Source: a virus
Taxonomy: Duplodnaviria > Caudoviricetes
IMG/VR virus record: IMGVR_UViG_3300016478_000054
Span: 1-62,328 of that record
Reading direction: 5' to 3' (one strand)
Length of the DNA: 62,328 bases
Positions 30,338-39,669 of the stretch are shown here, one piece after another. How positions within the stretch are numbered: position 1 is the first letter of the stretch; every line of letters starts with the position of its first letter. Below the pieces are notes generated by a model. The model was not told where the DNA came from. It was given only the letters and a program-made list of their open reading frames with translations, and made no database searches. Made by a program: the position numbers and the translations under genes.

Positions 30338-30619
30338 TCATAGAAAATTCCTCCTGATGTGATCTACAACATGTTCTATAGCTTGATTATAACCCATATT
30401 TCCTTCGGTTTCAACCCATTGATCGCCACATTCTATGCTATTTGATGAGTATGAGGCAACATCTTCAATGATGGATTTAACAAGTTTTTCAATAAAGACT
30501 TCCATCTCTTGTGTATAATCAGTTGCCCAATCAATTTTTCCTTTTCCCGGACCCCAAGGCTCATCATTCCAAAGAATGAAACCAGATTCTTCGATTAGTT
30601 TTTGAATTCGCGTATTCAT
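30338..30619 (-). CDS. MNERI-family small protein
   Basis: MNTRIQKLIEESG..IRRNF. Confidence 0.55.
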   Translation of the reverse strand: MNTRIQKLIEESGFILWNDEPWGPGKGKIDWATDYTQEMEVFIEKLVKSIIEDVASYSSNSIECGDQWVETEGNMGYNQAIEHVVDHIRRNFL

Positions 30620-30779
30620 TTGTCACACCAAAGCATTTCATATAATGCTGTCGCAATGAATTGAAAGTATGTACGTTCAAATGCCACTGTATAATCAGGT
30701 GTTGTCTGAAGCAATTGATATATGCAGTTACCAAGTCCAAATGCAAGTGTTGCACTCAGGACATCAAAAATTCGTTTAT

Positions 30780-30965
30780 TCATCGTTTGACACCAAAATA
30801 TTCTCGGATAACATTACCCATCCATTCACCATAGAATACATCTTTTTCTTCCATGATCTTGGAGCATTCAAGTATGATAAGTTGAGATAACTTATTAGCA
30901 CGACCAGTCAAATCTGATTCAGCATATCCTGCTTGAAGCATTAATTCTTTTAGATGTTCATTCAT
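30780..30965 (-). CDS. MNERI-family small protein
   Basis: MNEHLKELMLQAG..LIILEC..REYFGV. Confidence 0.55.
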   Translation of the reverse strand: MNEHLKELMLQAGYAESDLTGRANKLSQLIILECSKIMEEKDVFYGEWMGNVIREYFGVKR

Positions 30966-31269
30966 TCCATCACCAAGTTACGTCAATAGGCCATGCATGG
31001 CTAAATTTCTTAGCAATCTCATCTATTTCATTCAACGTAGCAAATTTATTTTTATCAAAAACTTTGCTTGTCGCATCCCAATCTGGTTCATGGAATACTT
31101 TGACATAGGATTGAATCATTTCTTCGATTTGCTTGTCCACAGTTTTCTCCTAAAAATTTTACGTATGGTAGTTGATAACCTAAAATCGAAATATGCATCA
31201 GCTACAATAAAACAACCAGTTATGGTGTATAGAATTACTGAGATGATGATAAAAATATTTTCATTATAA

Positions 31270-31581
31270 TTAATTTTTATCCCCAAAGTGTTGTTTTATT
31301 ATTTCAGAAATATCAAGACATTTCTCGATAACCAAATCACAGTCTTCTCGTCTATTTTCATCCCATTCTGGTAACGATTTTTGATATTCACACAGACGAT
31401 CAATTTCTTTATTGATTAGTTCAATACATTCATCAGCAATAAACTCTGTAAACTTTTTCCTCCAAGTTGCATCCTCCGGAATTTCGTCTTGCATTCTCCA
31501 ATAAGGATTGTTATGCTCATTACGTGTATCATATGCAGCTTTTTCGGCAAGTTCTTCAATTCGATTATTCATGTTAGTCAT
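31270..31581 (-). CDS. MNERI-family small protein
   Basis: MNNRIEELAEKA..KKFTEFIADEC..KQHFG. Confidence 0.55.
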   Translation of the reverse strand: MTNMNNRIEELAEKAAYDTRNEHNNPYWRMQDEIPEDATWRKKFTEFIADECIELINKEIDRLCEYQKSLPEWDENRREDCDLVIEKCLDISEIIKQHFGDKN

Positions 31582-31985
31582 TTATAAATGTTCTTAGCCA
31601 CAATAGACGCTAGTTTGCCGTCATATTGACCAGCATGATTTTCCTTTAGAAACTTCATGAATTCCGGCATCGACTTGTGGTTTTTAGCAATGTTCATGAG
31701 TGCAAGTTCGGTAAGCTGTAGCGGCAGGAACCGTTCGAGAACAGTGCGTTCGGCTAGGAAACTAGCAGCATCCTGACCTCGGCTGGTCAGTGCAGAAACA
31801 GTCTCATCGATATTCTTGATGAACTTCTTGACGACTGCAACCACCTCCTGATCGGTAGTTTCACGACCAGCGTTCTTACCCACCATAGAAGCTTCGCCTA
31901 GTAAGGTAGTTAGCAGACTTACTTCAACGGAACCTGCTTTACGAGCAGCAATTTGTTTTTGTTTAATTTCTTGAATTAGTTTCAT
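31578..31985 (-). CDS. GatB/YqeY-domain protein
   Basis: I...Q..ARKA..LLTTLLGE..D.EV..VVKKF..E..VL..FLP.QL..M..LK..G.YDGK. Confidence 0.75.
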   Translation of the reverse strand: MKLIQEIKQKQIAARKAGSVEVSLLTTLLGEASMVGKNAGRETTDQEVVAVVKKFIKNIDETVSALTSRGQDAASFLAERTVLERFLPLQLTELALMNIAKNHKSMPEFMKFLKENHAGQYDGKLASIVAKNIYK

Positions 31986-32173
31986 ATTAATTCCAGATCA
32001 TTGTTGAAAAGTATACCATCCAAGACACAGCACTAAGTAGCAACACACTTGCAACCAGTAGCGCAAATGATTCGGAAACCGATTGCAGCAATACCGCAAG
32101 CATAAGCATAAAGCCACTCCATAGACTAATGGATAGCGACAATTTTAACATAAAGTCAGTCATATATCAATCC

Positions 32174-33348
32174 TTATTCAGTCGCAAGTTTAGCATATCG
32201 GTAGTGGATTGTATGTTGTGTAGTCCAAGATGTCTGACCATCTCCCCAAACATAAAAATAGTTTTCGTCAAAATGTGAAAAATGACGTTTTGTCCAAAAA
32301 ATGTTATCATCTGATACATAGACTGGAGTATCAACGGCTACATCTTTCCAAGGATTATATTCATACAGATCATAATATGATTCTGGATTATAGTCACATT
32401 CACTTAAGTTAGAATACAACATTACGGGAAATTCAAAATCATCGGTCAATACCAATGCAACGATTGGATATTCTCCTTTAGCATTGTCACAAATAATTCT
32501 AGCTTTAAGTCCAGAGCGAGTCTTATGGGTATATACAATTTCAGACATATTATTCCTTATTAGAAAATTCAATCTTAGTTTTGGTCAGAATATTGTAGAC
32601 AGTCAAAATACAAAAAGATTCAAGCCAAGTAATTTCACTTACGCTTTCAAAAATATTTGGAATAGACAGATTCCAAAGAATCATCATTAACAAGGCTTTG
32701 ATAAGTTCAAAGCCAATAAAAATAGTCGTCTTCATCAAAAGGTTATCTGGCATAATTATACTTTCACGAAAAAAATTGATAGACACCAACAAGTGCAACC
32801 AGCAATGATATGACAAAAACATAAATGTCAATATTAGATGTTTTTTCCATTTCAACTCGATTGGGACAAGTCCTACCTTGGTTGCAATTCTGATTGCAAC
32901 ATTTCTTTTGAGTATTTTCCATTTTCTTTATTAACCTTTGAACATTCGATATCAGCAAAATCCGAACCACAGAAATCACATTCATAGAAGAACAGATTGT
33001 CATCAAACTTCAAGAATGCACTGCCTTCGCCGCAACATGGACAGAGTATCCGATATTTTAGCATTGTTTTTTGATTTCCGCAACCACAGAGTATATCCCA
33101 AAACCAAGTTCACAAACTATCGACTCCCAGTCAACAGGAGAACCAGATGCTGCTTTCCTTACATTTTCCATCACATAGTCAAAATCTTCTACAAATGACT
33201 TAGCTTTGGTCTTGTTAATAACAACAGAATTAGATTCGATTGCATTCAATTTAGATGTAATCTCCTCGTTTTCGGAAACAATATCAGAGATTACGTCGGT
33301 CAGTTTTTTGATGTTGGTATTCATAGTAGAGTATTGATTTCCATCCAT
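32174..33348 (-). other. Cluster of small hypothetical CDS (32174-32548, 32550-32753, Zn-ribbon 32873-33064, 33058-33348)
   Basis: Packed ORFs; 32873-33064 has CPCC..CDFC. Confidence 0.45.
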
Positions 33349-34331
33349 TTCTTATAGTGACACATGATTCGTTCTTCAATCTGCCTTTGCGTAGAGTATA
33401 CCACATTTTCTGGCTTAAACCAGAACAGAGTCTTCAGATGTTTCATAAACTCACCCAGTTCCTTCTTCTCAAGTCCAGTCAACGATGACACCATATCACC
33501 GTTAAATTTTTCCTTGACAAATTTCTTAAATGTCATTTCTTTCATCATGTCAGAATATTGATCGTATGCTTGAGGAAACGAATGAAAAATCATTTCCATA
33601 TAGAATGTTTTATCTGCTCTGCGAGGAATAAAATTCCCAGAATATCCTTTGATATATTCAAGAAATCCTTGATAAGTTGTTCGTTTCTTATCTCTTGTTC
33701 TATGCATGTGAGATAGTTCAGCTAGGTCATAGCTATCAGGATGGAACCATTTTGACGACATGACATAATCAAACATATCAGGAAGATCATCAAATCCATT
33801 TTCAAATACAGTTGGATCAAGATCAAAAAACATCAATGCATCACTATAATTCCTTGTAATCAGAACTTCACCGATTATATTATCATTATTTGATTCATCT
33901 CGAATAGGCAGGAACAATCCAAGATGCCCATGCTTTAGACCGAATCGATGTGCGATACGACCACAAATATTACCCAAATCATTGAAAGAAAAATAGGATT
34001 TTGCATATTCAAATGACTCAACAGGAACATGAATCAAATCGATCTGAAGTTCTTTGTATTCAAACGAAATAACATTTGTATTTCTAACAATTTCCTTTGA
34101 TTCTGGAAATAGAGACTTTACTGTTGAAACAGTAAAAGGTTTATTGTCATCTGTGCTGTATAACACATCCATATCACCAAATGACTCTTTATTCCTATAT
34201 GCCTCAATCAAAGAAACGCGAGTTACAAACCAATCTCTGATTACTCGATCAAGAATATTCGGAACCAAATCGAAGTATTCTTGTTTTTGATATCGACGAG
34301 TTACACAATTTTTGAGACAATTTCCACCCAT
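33321..34331 (-). CDS. Nucleotidyltransferase-fold protein (Pol beta superfamily)
   Basis: KESFGDMDVL (G-D-x-D), QIDLI third acidic residue, NDLGN; GGAG RBS. Confidence 0.55.
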   Translation of the reverse strand: MGGNCLKNCVTRRYQKQEYFDLVPNILDRVIRDWFVTRVSLIEAYRNKESFGDMDVLYSTDDNKPFTVSTVKSLFPESKEIVRNTNVISFEYKELQIDLIHVPVESFEYAKSYFSFNDLGNICGRIAHRFGLKHGHLGLFLPIRDESNNDNIIGEVLITRNYSDALMFFDLDPTVFENGFDDLPDMFDYVMSSKWFHPDSYDLAELSHMHRTRDKKRTTYQGFLEYIKGYSGNFIPRRADKTFYMEMIFHSFPQAYDQYSDMMKEMTFKKFVKEKFNGDMVSSLTGLEKKELGEFMKHLKTLFWFKPENVVYSTQRQIEERIMCHYKKWMEINTLL

Positions 34332-34346
34332 GATAATCTCCATAAC

Positions 34347-34393
34347 AAAAAGCACTCAGGTCAAACTTCCTGAGTGCTTGTATTATATCACAC
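34347..34393 (-). promoter_or_regulatory. Extended -10 promoter fused to 11-bp stem-loop and U-tract
   Basis: GTGTGATATAAT-ac-AAGCACTCAGG/CCTGAGTGCTT-TTT. Confidence 0.65.
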
Positions 34394-34394
34394 T

Positions 34395-35354
34395 TTACGA
34401 CTTGACGAACACATTATTCGGCAGTGTCTGACGATACTGAATCCAGCCGGTAAAGTTACCAGAGTGCAGGCGACCATTCCGATCAACATGAGTCACCCCT
34501 TCTTCCCATGTGCTAGGAAGATATGGAATATTCTTTTCATCTTTGACATCAATTTCCATACAGATAGGAGTTGCCTGATGTTCGCATGGACTCATATGTG
34601 GCTTTCGACCAGAGAACAGCTTGTTGTAAATGTTAATAGCTTTTTCTTTGCTATCATTCAATCGCCTATAACTGACTTGGGCACAGCAGCTTGCTGAAAT
34701 CTTCTGAGCATCTTCAAGACTCAGTTCACCACCATCTGAATCTAGATAATGCAGAATGCCAGATTCATCTCGATAGATATCCACATAAGGAAGATGCCAT
34801 TCGCCTTTATTATTCAGCTTAACAGGAACAGAATCATTGCGACAAGCAACCATGACTTTAGCGAGTTCTTGAATTTCTGGCTGTGCTTCTTCATCGTCCC
34901 GAAGCCATTCAAAGTTATCGAAATCAGTCATAGTAACAACTGCTTTCATCATAACGAATGGTTCTAGGATACGATTGCTAAGTTGTTTGTGGACATTCAC
35001 TGATGCCAGTTTACCAGCATAGTCTGCTGCATAAGCAGATGCCAGTTCCCAATATACCTTTGCTCCTTCAAGGTCATGACCACTTAGCTCCTCAGTAGCC
35101 TGCATACCGGATTTGTTTTTACCCCAAGAAATAGGAGTAGCAGGAGATTCCTGAACCATTTTAATGACATTTGCGATAGGAATTGCTCGACTCGATGCTG
35201 CATTCTTCGAGAACATTCGATGGGTCAAAAATTCGGACCAACAATATCGATGAACCTCAACTTCAAATGTACACAGACGATCACCAGATTCGTTAATAGA
35301 ATCCTTAATTAGTCGTGCAACAATACCATTTTTTCCTTGCTTTTCAATCCACAT
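34395..35354 (-). CDS. thyX: Flavin-dependent thymidylate synthase
   Basis: EFLTHRMFSKNAASSRAIP (RHR-x7-SxR-like), HKQ..NR.LEPF, AQPEI, H.SP.EHQA. Confidence 0.85.
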   Translation of the reverse strand: MWIEKQGKNGIVARLIKDSINESGDRLCTFEVEVHRYCWSEFLTHRMFSKNAASSRAIPIANVIKMVQESPATPISWGKNKSGMQATEELSGHDLEGAKVYWELASAYAADYAGKLASVNVHKQLSNRILEPFVMMKAVVTMTDFDNFEWLRDDEEAQPEIQELAKVMVACRNDSVPVKLNNKGEWHLPYVDIYRDESGILHYLDSDGGELSLEDAQKISASCCAQVSYRRLNDSKEKAINIYNKLFSGRKPHMSPCEHQATPICMEIDVKDEKNIPYLPSTWEEGVTHVDRNGRLHSGNFTGWIQYRQTLPNNVFVKS

Positions 35355-35359
35355 ATTTT

Positions 35360-35560
35360 TTACTCACTTTCTTCGTTAACAACTTTAATTTCACTATCCA
35401 TATTCATGTTGCCATTCACCTGAAAAACTTCATTCAGGACAGCAACATATGAAACAGAAACACCCGGAAATTTCTGATCAAGACCATGCCTAGCCATAGT
35501 CGAATTCTCGGCAATTACGCCGACATTGAATTCATTATTGATCTTATAAACATAAATCAC
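35360..35560 (-). CDS. Hypothetical protein
   Basis: GTG start overlapping the upstream stop. Confidence 0.45.
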   Translation of the reverse strand: MIYVYKINNEFNVGVIAENSTMARHGLDQKFPGVSVSYVAVLNEVFQVNGNMNMDSEIKVVNEESE

Positions 35561-36015
35561 TTTAGAGACTCCATAAAAGTTTTTGGTAGATGGTTAGAAC
35601 GAACCCTAACTGAAACCCAGACATTATAGTATTCCGGAGAAGGTACAGCATGACGAACAAAGATTTCGTAGGTTTCCCAGTAACTCATCTCCCCTAGAGT
35701 ATAACACATTTTCAGGATTTCCCTACGAAAATTTTCTACTCCATGCTTCTTGACATCTTCTTGTAGTTCAGTGTTGGAACCAAAATACTCTTTCCATTCT
35801 GATTCTGTTTCCGATTTGATCTTCTTTTTCTTTTTGGTTCCATTCTTTAGCGTGACTGTTTTGATGGAGGTCTTGGTATTATACATCTTTTTCTTTCCGA
35901 TGTACTTCCTGCCGTCCAAAAGATTTGTAATACAGTAGACAAATCCAATTACATTTTCCGGAGGGTCATTCACTTCGGATTCTTGATAAATCCATTTATT
36001 TTCAGAGTAGTCCAT
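35557..36015 (-). CDS. GIY-YIG family endonuclease (Seg-like, conserved in T4-like phages)
   Basis: GFVYCITN..GRKYIGKK..YFGS..NFRREIL..E..YYN. Confidence 0.75.
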   Translation of the reverse strand: MDYSENKWIYQESEVNDPPENVIGFVYCITNLLDGRKYIGKKKMYNTKTSIKTVTLKNGTKKKKKIKSETESEWKEYFGSNTELQEDVKKHGVENFRREILKMCYTLGEMSYWETYEIFVRHAVPSPEYYNVWVSVRVRSNHLPKTFMESLK

Positions 36016-36017
36016 AT

Positions 36018-36053
36018 TTGATAAATAACAATGATTAAACTTTTATTTATCAA
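36018..36053. promoter_or_regulatory. Face-to-face late promoter boxes forming an inverted repeat
   Basis: GATAAATA at 36020-36027 (+) and 36044-36051 (-) between divergent genes. Confidence 0.6.
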
Positions 36054-36058
36054 TTAAT

Positions 36059-36817
36059 ATGGCTATCACAACAAAAGAAGAATTCCTACAATATTGCCTT
36101 AGAAAACTTGGAGAACCTGTTATCTCTATTGATGTAACAGATGAACAACTAGAAGATAGATACACGGAAGCACTTAGAAAATTTCATGACTTTCACTTTG
36201 ATGGAACAGAAAGAACCTATCTAAAACATGAAGTAACAGAGGAAGATGTTACTAATGGTTGGATTCCAATCGATGATTCGATTTCTGGTGTCATTAGGGT
36301 TCTACCAGTTTCCTATCTAGGTTCATCATTACAGAATCCATTCAACCTACAATATCAGTTATTCATGAATGATATGTGGAGTTCAGTTGCATCATCTACT
36401 GTCTCAACTGGTATTTCTTATTACTATTCTCTTAGACAGTATACAACAATGCTTGATCAGTTATTGAATGGTGTTCCAATTATTCGATTCAATAGAAATA
36501 CTGATCGACTATATATTGATATTTCTTGGGGGAAGAAACTGGTTGCTGGTTCATGGGTTATTGTTGAATGCTTTAGAAAAGTCGATCCAGAAGAATATCA
36601 TCAGACATTTAATGACCCTTGGTTAAAGCATTATACCTCTGCTCTAATTAAAAGACAATGGGGAGAAAATCTATCAAAGTATGATGGCGTTGCTCTAATT
36701 GGTGGAGTTACAATTTCTGGTACTAGGATTTACCAAGAAGCTTTGCAAGAAATTGATCAACTGGAAGATGAACTTGAAAATAAGTATTCCGAGCCAGTAA
36801 TGTTTGCAATGGGGTAA
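36059..36817 (+). CDS. 13: Neck protein gp13
   Basis: YCLRKLG.PVI.I.V..EQ..D..FH.DG..WLK.Y..ALIK.QWG.NL.K..L.GGV. Confidence 0.92.
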   Translation: MAITTKEEFLQYCLRKLGEPVISIDVTDEQLEDRYTEALRKFHDFHFDGTERTYLKHEVTEEDVTNGWIPIDDSISGVIRVLPVSYLGSSLQNPFNLQYQLFMNDMWSSVASSTVSTGISYYYSLRQYTTMLDQLLNGVPIIRFNRNTDRLYIDISWGKKLVAGSWVIVECFRKVDPEEYHQTFNDPWLKHYTSALIKRQWGENLSKYDGVALIGGVTISGTRIYQEALQEIDQLEDELENKYSEPVMFAMG

Positions 36818-36825
36818 ATCAAAAA

Positions 36826-37647
36826 ATGAAATACGATCTAATTGCAGAAGCATATATTAACTCATCCATAGATATAGATTCACTACCAGTTGCTGATATA
36901 TCACATCATCACAAACCAGATAATAATCTAGATGAATCAATGAATTCATGGATTAACTCTGGAAGAGATTATGATAACAGGTATACAAGCAATAAACTAA
37001 AATTGCTTAGAACAATTGCACCATACTGGAAAGAAAAAGACCCATATGAGATTTTAGCAAAAGCGCATGACTCGGCCATAACAGAACCTAGACATTCACA
37101 CGCTATCCATGCCTATATAAATGGTTCTCTTGGGGAAGAAGATATTTCAACTGGGTCAGAAATAGTTAATAAACATCTAATTAAGTCACATATTGACAAG
37201 ACTGAACCAAACAAGTTTTTTTCATTTGGGGAAAGCGGTCTAGACCTAAATTTAAATGACTTAGATGAAGCATTAAAACTGAATAAGTTAAATGCGCCAC
37301 TAACAACTTATTCTGGTATAGGATTTAATCCAAAAAAATTAATGACTGAAAAAGGATTGCTACATTTACCAGCATATACATCATCCACAACGAACAAGGC
37401 AGTCGCTCTTAGATATACAGTTCCAGATTCTGATGGAGTTCATGTTTTACAGATAACACATCATAAAGGAGCAACTGGATTTTATGTTGGAGATAATGAA
37501 GATTATTCCCCATTCATGCAAAAAGAACATATTATGCCTAGAGGAATTACTCTGAAAATAAATCCAGTTCCTGAAATACATGAAGACGATGAGGGAAATA
37601 AACTAAATGTCTGGAAAGCTAAAAGATTAGCTTCACTGGAGAAATAA
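36826..37647 (+). CDS. Alt-like ADP-ribosyltransferase (R-S-E clade), putative internal head protein
   Basis: MKYDLIAEAY leader; AIHAY..S..VN..L, TYSG, AYTSST..A..Y, QKEHIMPRG. Confidence 0.65.
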   Translation: MKYDLIAEAYINSSIDIDSLPVADISHHHKPDNNLDESMNSWINSGRDYDNRYTSNKLKLLRTIAPYWKEKDPYEILAKAHDSAITEPRHSHAIHAYINGSLGEEDISTGSEIVNKHLIKSHIDKTEPNKFFSFGESGLDLNLNDLDEALKLNKLNAPLTTYSGIGFNPKKLMTEKGLLHLPAYTSSTTNKAVALRYTVPDSDGVHVLQITHHKGATGFYVGDNEDYSPFMQKEHIMPRGITLKINPVPEIHEDDEGNKLNVWKAKRLASLEK

Positions 37648-37674
37648 AAAAGGGGCCATTGGCCCCTTTAATTT
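37646..37674. terminator. Bidirectional terminator between the ART gene and gene 32
   Basis: AAAAAAGGGGCC-att-GGCCCCTTT. Confidence 0.8.
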
Positions 37675-38654
37675 TAGGTGTCTGCGAGTAGCTTGGCGAA
37701 GTAATCTAGTTCAGATGTGGTATCAGAATCATCCTCAAATACTTCAGCCTTCTTGATTACCTTCTCTACCTTTTCGACTTTCTCTACAGGAGCAGCTTTC
37801 ACCTCACGCTCAACCTTTACAGCCTTCTCTAGAGCCTGTCGTGGTGTGTACTCCACTTCAGAATCTTCACCTTCATCGATGCTCTCAGAAGCCCGTTTAA
37901 CAGCTTCAGTTGACAGACAACGATCAAGTTCCTTCTTTAGCTGATCATAGCTCTTGAAGCGACTTGGCTCAAGGAACTCAGATAGTGAATGACACTTTTC
38001 TAGAACTTGTTCTAGCTTTTCTTCGTCTCCCCCAAACAGAGCAGATGGAGAATCGAAAACAGAGTTCTCATAGGTTGGATACTTATCCTTGTTATAGATG
38101 CGTAGCTTGAAGTTAGCGCCTTCCCATAGGTCATAAACAAATACTGGTTCATCATCCTCAAACTGAGGCTTTGCCTTGGCACCAATCATATCATGGATTT
38201 GCTTACCAGCTTTGAATAGGAAAACCTTTCCATCATTTTCTGGATTAGCTGGGTCTTTTAGAACCAGAATGTTGTAGATATAGCTGGTCTTACGCTTGCG
38301 CTTACGAGCAATTTCCTTATCAGCATCAAATCCAGAATTCCATAGTTCAGCATTTGCTTCCATTACTGGGTCTTTTTCACCGATGGTTGATGGCGAGTCA
38401 TTGATAAACCACTTACCAGTTGGACCTTGGAAAGCATATGAATATAGCTTAACCCAAGGTAGCTCATCATTGCCTGTTGCTGGCAGGAAACGAATAACTG
38501 CTGAACCAGTTCCGGTCTTATCGCGGGTTAGCTTCCAGAAACGATTATCTTCGTTGTTGTATGAATTACCCGACTCGAAATCCTTGGTTGCGATTTCGCT
38601 CATGCGGTTACGGTTATTGCGTTGAGCAGCTAGGCGAGACAGTGTTGTTGCCAT
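37674..38654 (-). CDS. 32: Single-stranded DNA-binding protein gp32
   Basis: D.RFWKL..G.GSAVIRFLP..KRK.SY..NILV.KDP..PEN.GKVF..GANFKL; acidic tail. Confidence 0.95.
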   Translation of the reverse strand: MATTLSRLAAQRNNRNRMSEIATKDFESGNSYNNEDNRFWKLTRDKTGTGSAVIRFLPATGNDELPWVKLYSYAFQGPTGKWFINDSPSTIGEKDPVMEANAELWNSGFDADKEIARKRKRKTSYIYNILVLKDPANPENDGKVFLFKAGKQIHDMIGAKAKPQFEDDEPVFVYDLWEGANFKLRIYNKDKYPTYENSVFDSPSALFGGDEEKLEQVLEKCHSLSEFLEPSRFKSYDQLKKELDRCLSTEAVKRASESIDEGEDSEVEYTPRQALEKAVKVEREVKAAPVEKVEKVEKVIKKAEVFEDDSDTTSELDYFAKLLADT

Positions 38655-38668
38655 GTTTTGATTTTCCT

Positions 38669-39244
38669 TTAATTTACGTTGATTAAAAATCTGTCGATTT
38701 GGCTTGAGTGCATATCAGCTAAAATGCCTTTGGTGACAAACTTATCGGATTTGTGCATTCGCACTTTGTATTTATCTGCATCAAATCCAGAGATGTTGTC
38801 TATGACCTTGATTTTCCTGTCTAGGATTATCAGGGATTCATACTCAACCTTTCTGGAAAGGATATCAGATATTACCCTATCTCTAAGGTAATCAGTTAGA
38901 GTTATATCATTCTTCATTAACTGAAGTTCAATATAACTCAAATCTCTTTCAAGAATATATGATAGTGATTGTTTTGTCTTTAACCAATGATCATAATTAT
39001 CCTGTGCATAAGAATCAGCGTACAGAAAGTTATCATTTCCATACAGGAAGTTTGAAACACAGTATTCAATGAGTTCCCTTTCCGTTTTTACTTTCTTGAT
39101 AATCTGTTTGATTAGATTCAAGTCATCTCGATCAGTTACCTTTGATTGCCACTTGAATCTTCCATTTGCCTCAAATACATCATACTTGGTCAGGAAATGA
39201 AGCCTAGTAGCCATGTATAACCTAAAGGCAACTTCAGGGGACAT
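38669..39244 (-). CDS. 59: Helicase loader gp59
   Basis: Y.A.RLHF..YD.F..G..VSNF..Y..W.K..QSLSY...DL; adjacent to gene 32. Confidence 0.85.
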   Translation of the reverse strand: MSPEVAFRLYMATRLHFLTKYDVFEANGRFKWQSKVTDRDDLNLIKQIIKKVKTERELIEYCVSNFLYGNDNFLYADSYAQDNYDHWLKTKQSLSYILERDLSYIELQLMKNDITLTDYLRDRVISDILSRKVEYESLIILDRKIKVIDNISGFDADKYKVRMHKSDKFVTKGILADMHSSQIDRFLINVN

Positions 39245-39247
39245 AAA

Positions 39248-39445
39248 TTATACCTTCAAATTGATTGATTCAACAATTTTCTGCCTGATCTGTTCAAAAA
39301 ATTCTTCCCCAATCTGGCGGTAGAATTCATCAAAATCCCTAGTAGAATTTACTTTTGCAATATCGATTATACCAGAAAATTCGACTATTGGTTTCATGTC
39401 TTTCAAAGAAATTTTCGCCTGAGTGATATTTACTTGATGGCTCAT
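39248..39445 (-). CDS. Hypothetical protein
   Basis: GAGG RBS, in operon. Confidence 0.5.
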   Translation of the reverse strand: MSHQVNITQAKISLKDMKPIVEFSGIIDIAKVNSTRDFDEFYRQIGEEFFEQIRQKIVESINLKV

Positions 39446-39669
39446 TCGGATTCCTCAAGAGTGTTGGTTGTTTCTTTTGGCATCGCATATTCTTTCTTAG
39501 CCTGTTCATAAATTTTTTGCTTTAGAACAGGAGAAATCATCTTGGCTACATCATTATAGTCGATAAAATTGTCATCACAATATGACAAAATTGTTTCGAT
39601 ATAAGTTTCGCCACTCTTGGCAGCTAGTTCTTCGATATGAAAAGAGAATTGAGATGGGCTTTCAAACAT
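39442..39669 (-). CDS. 33: Late transcription co-activator gp33
   Basis: FS..IE..Y.E.I..YC...ID..V.K.IS..LK.KI..A. Confidence 0.85.
   Translation of the reverse strand: MFESPSQFSFHIEELAAKSGETYIETILSYCDDNFIDYNDVAKMISPVLKQKIYEQAKKEYAMPKETTNTLEESE

Noticed and set aside
35557-36015. Mobile homing endonuclease or intron
   Set aside because: Single short GIY-YIG domain, free-standing, with no interrupted neighbour or intron structure seen
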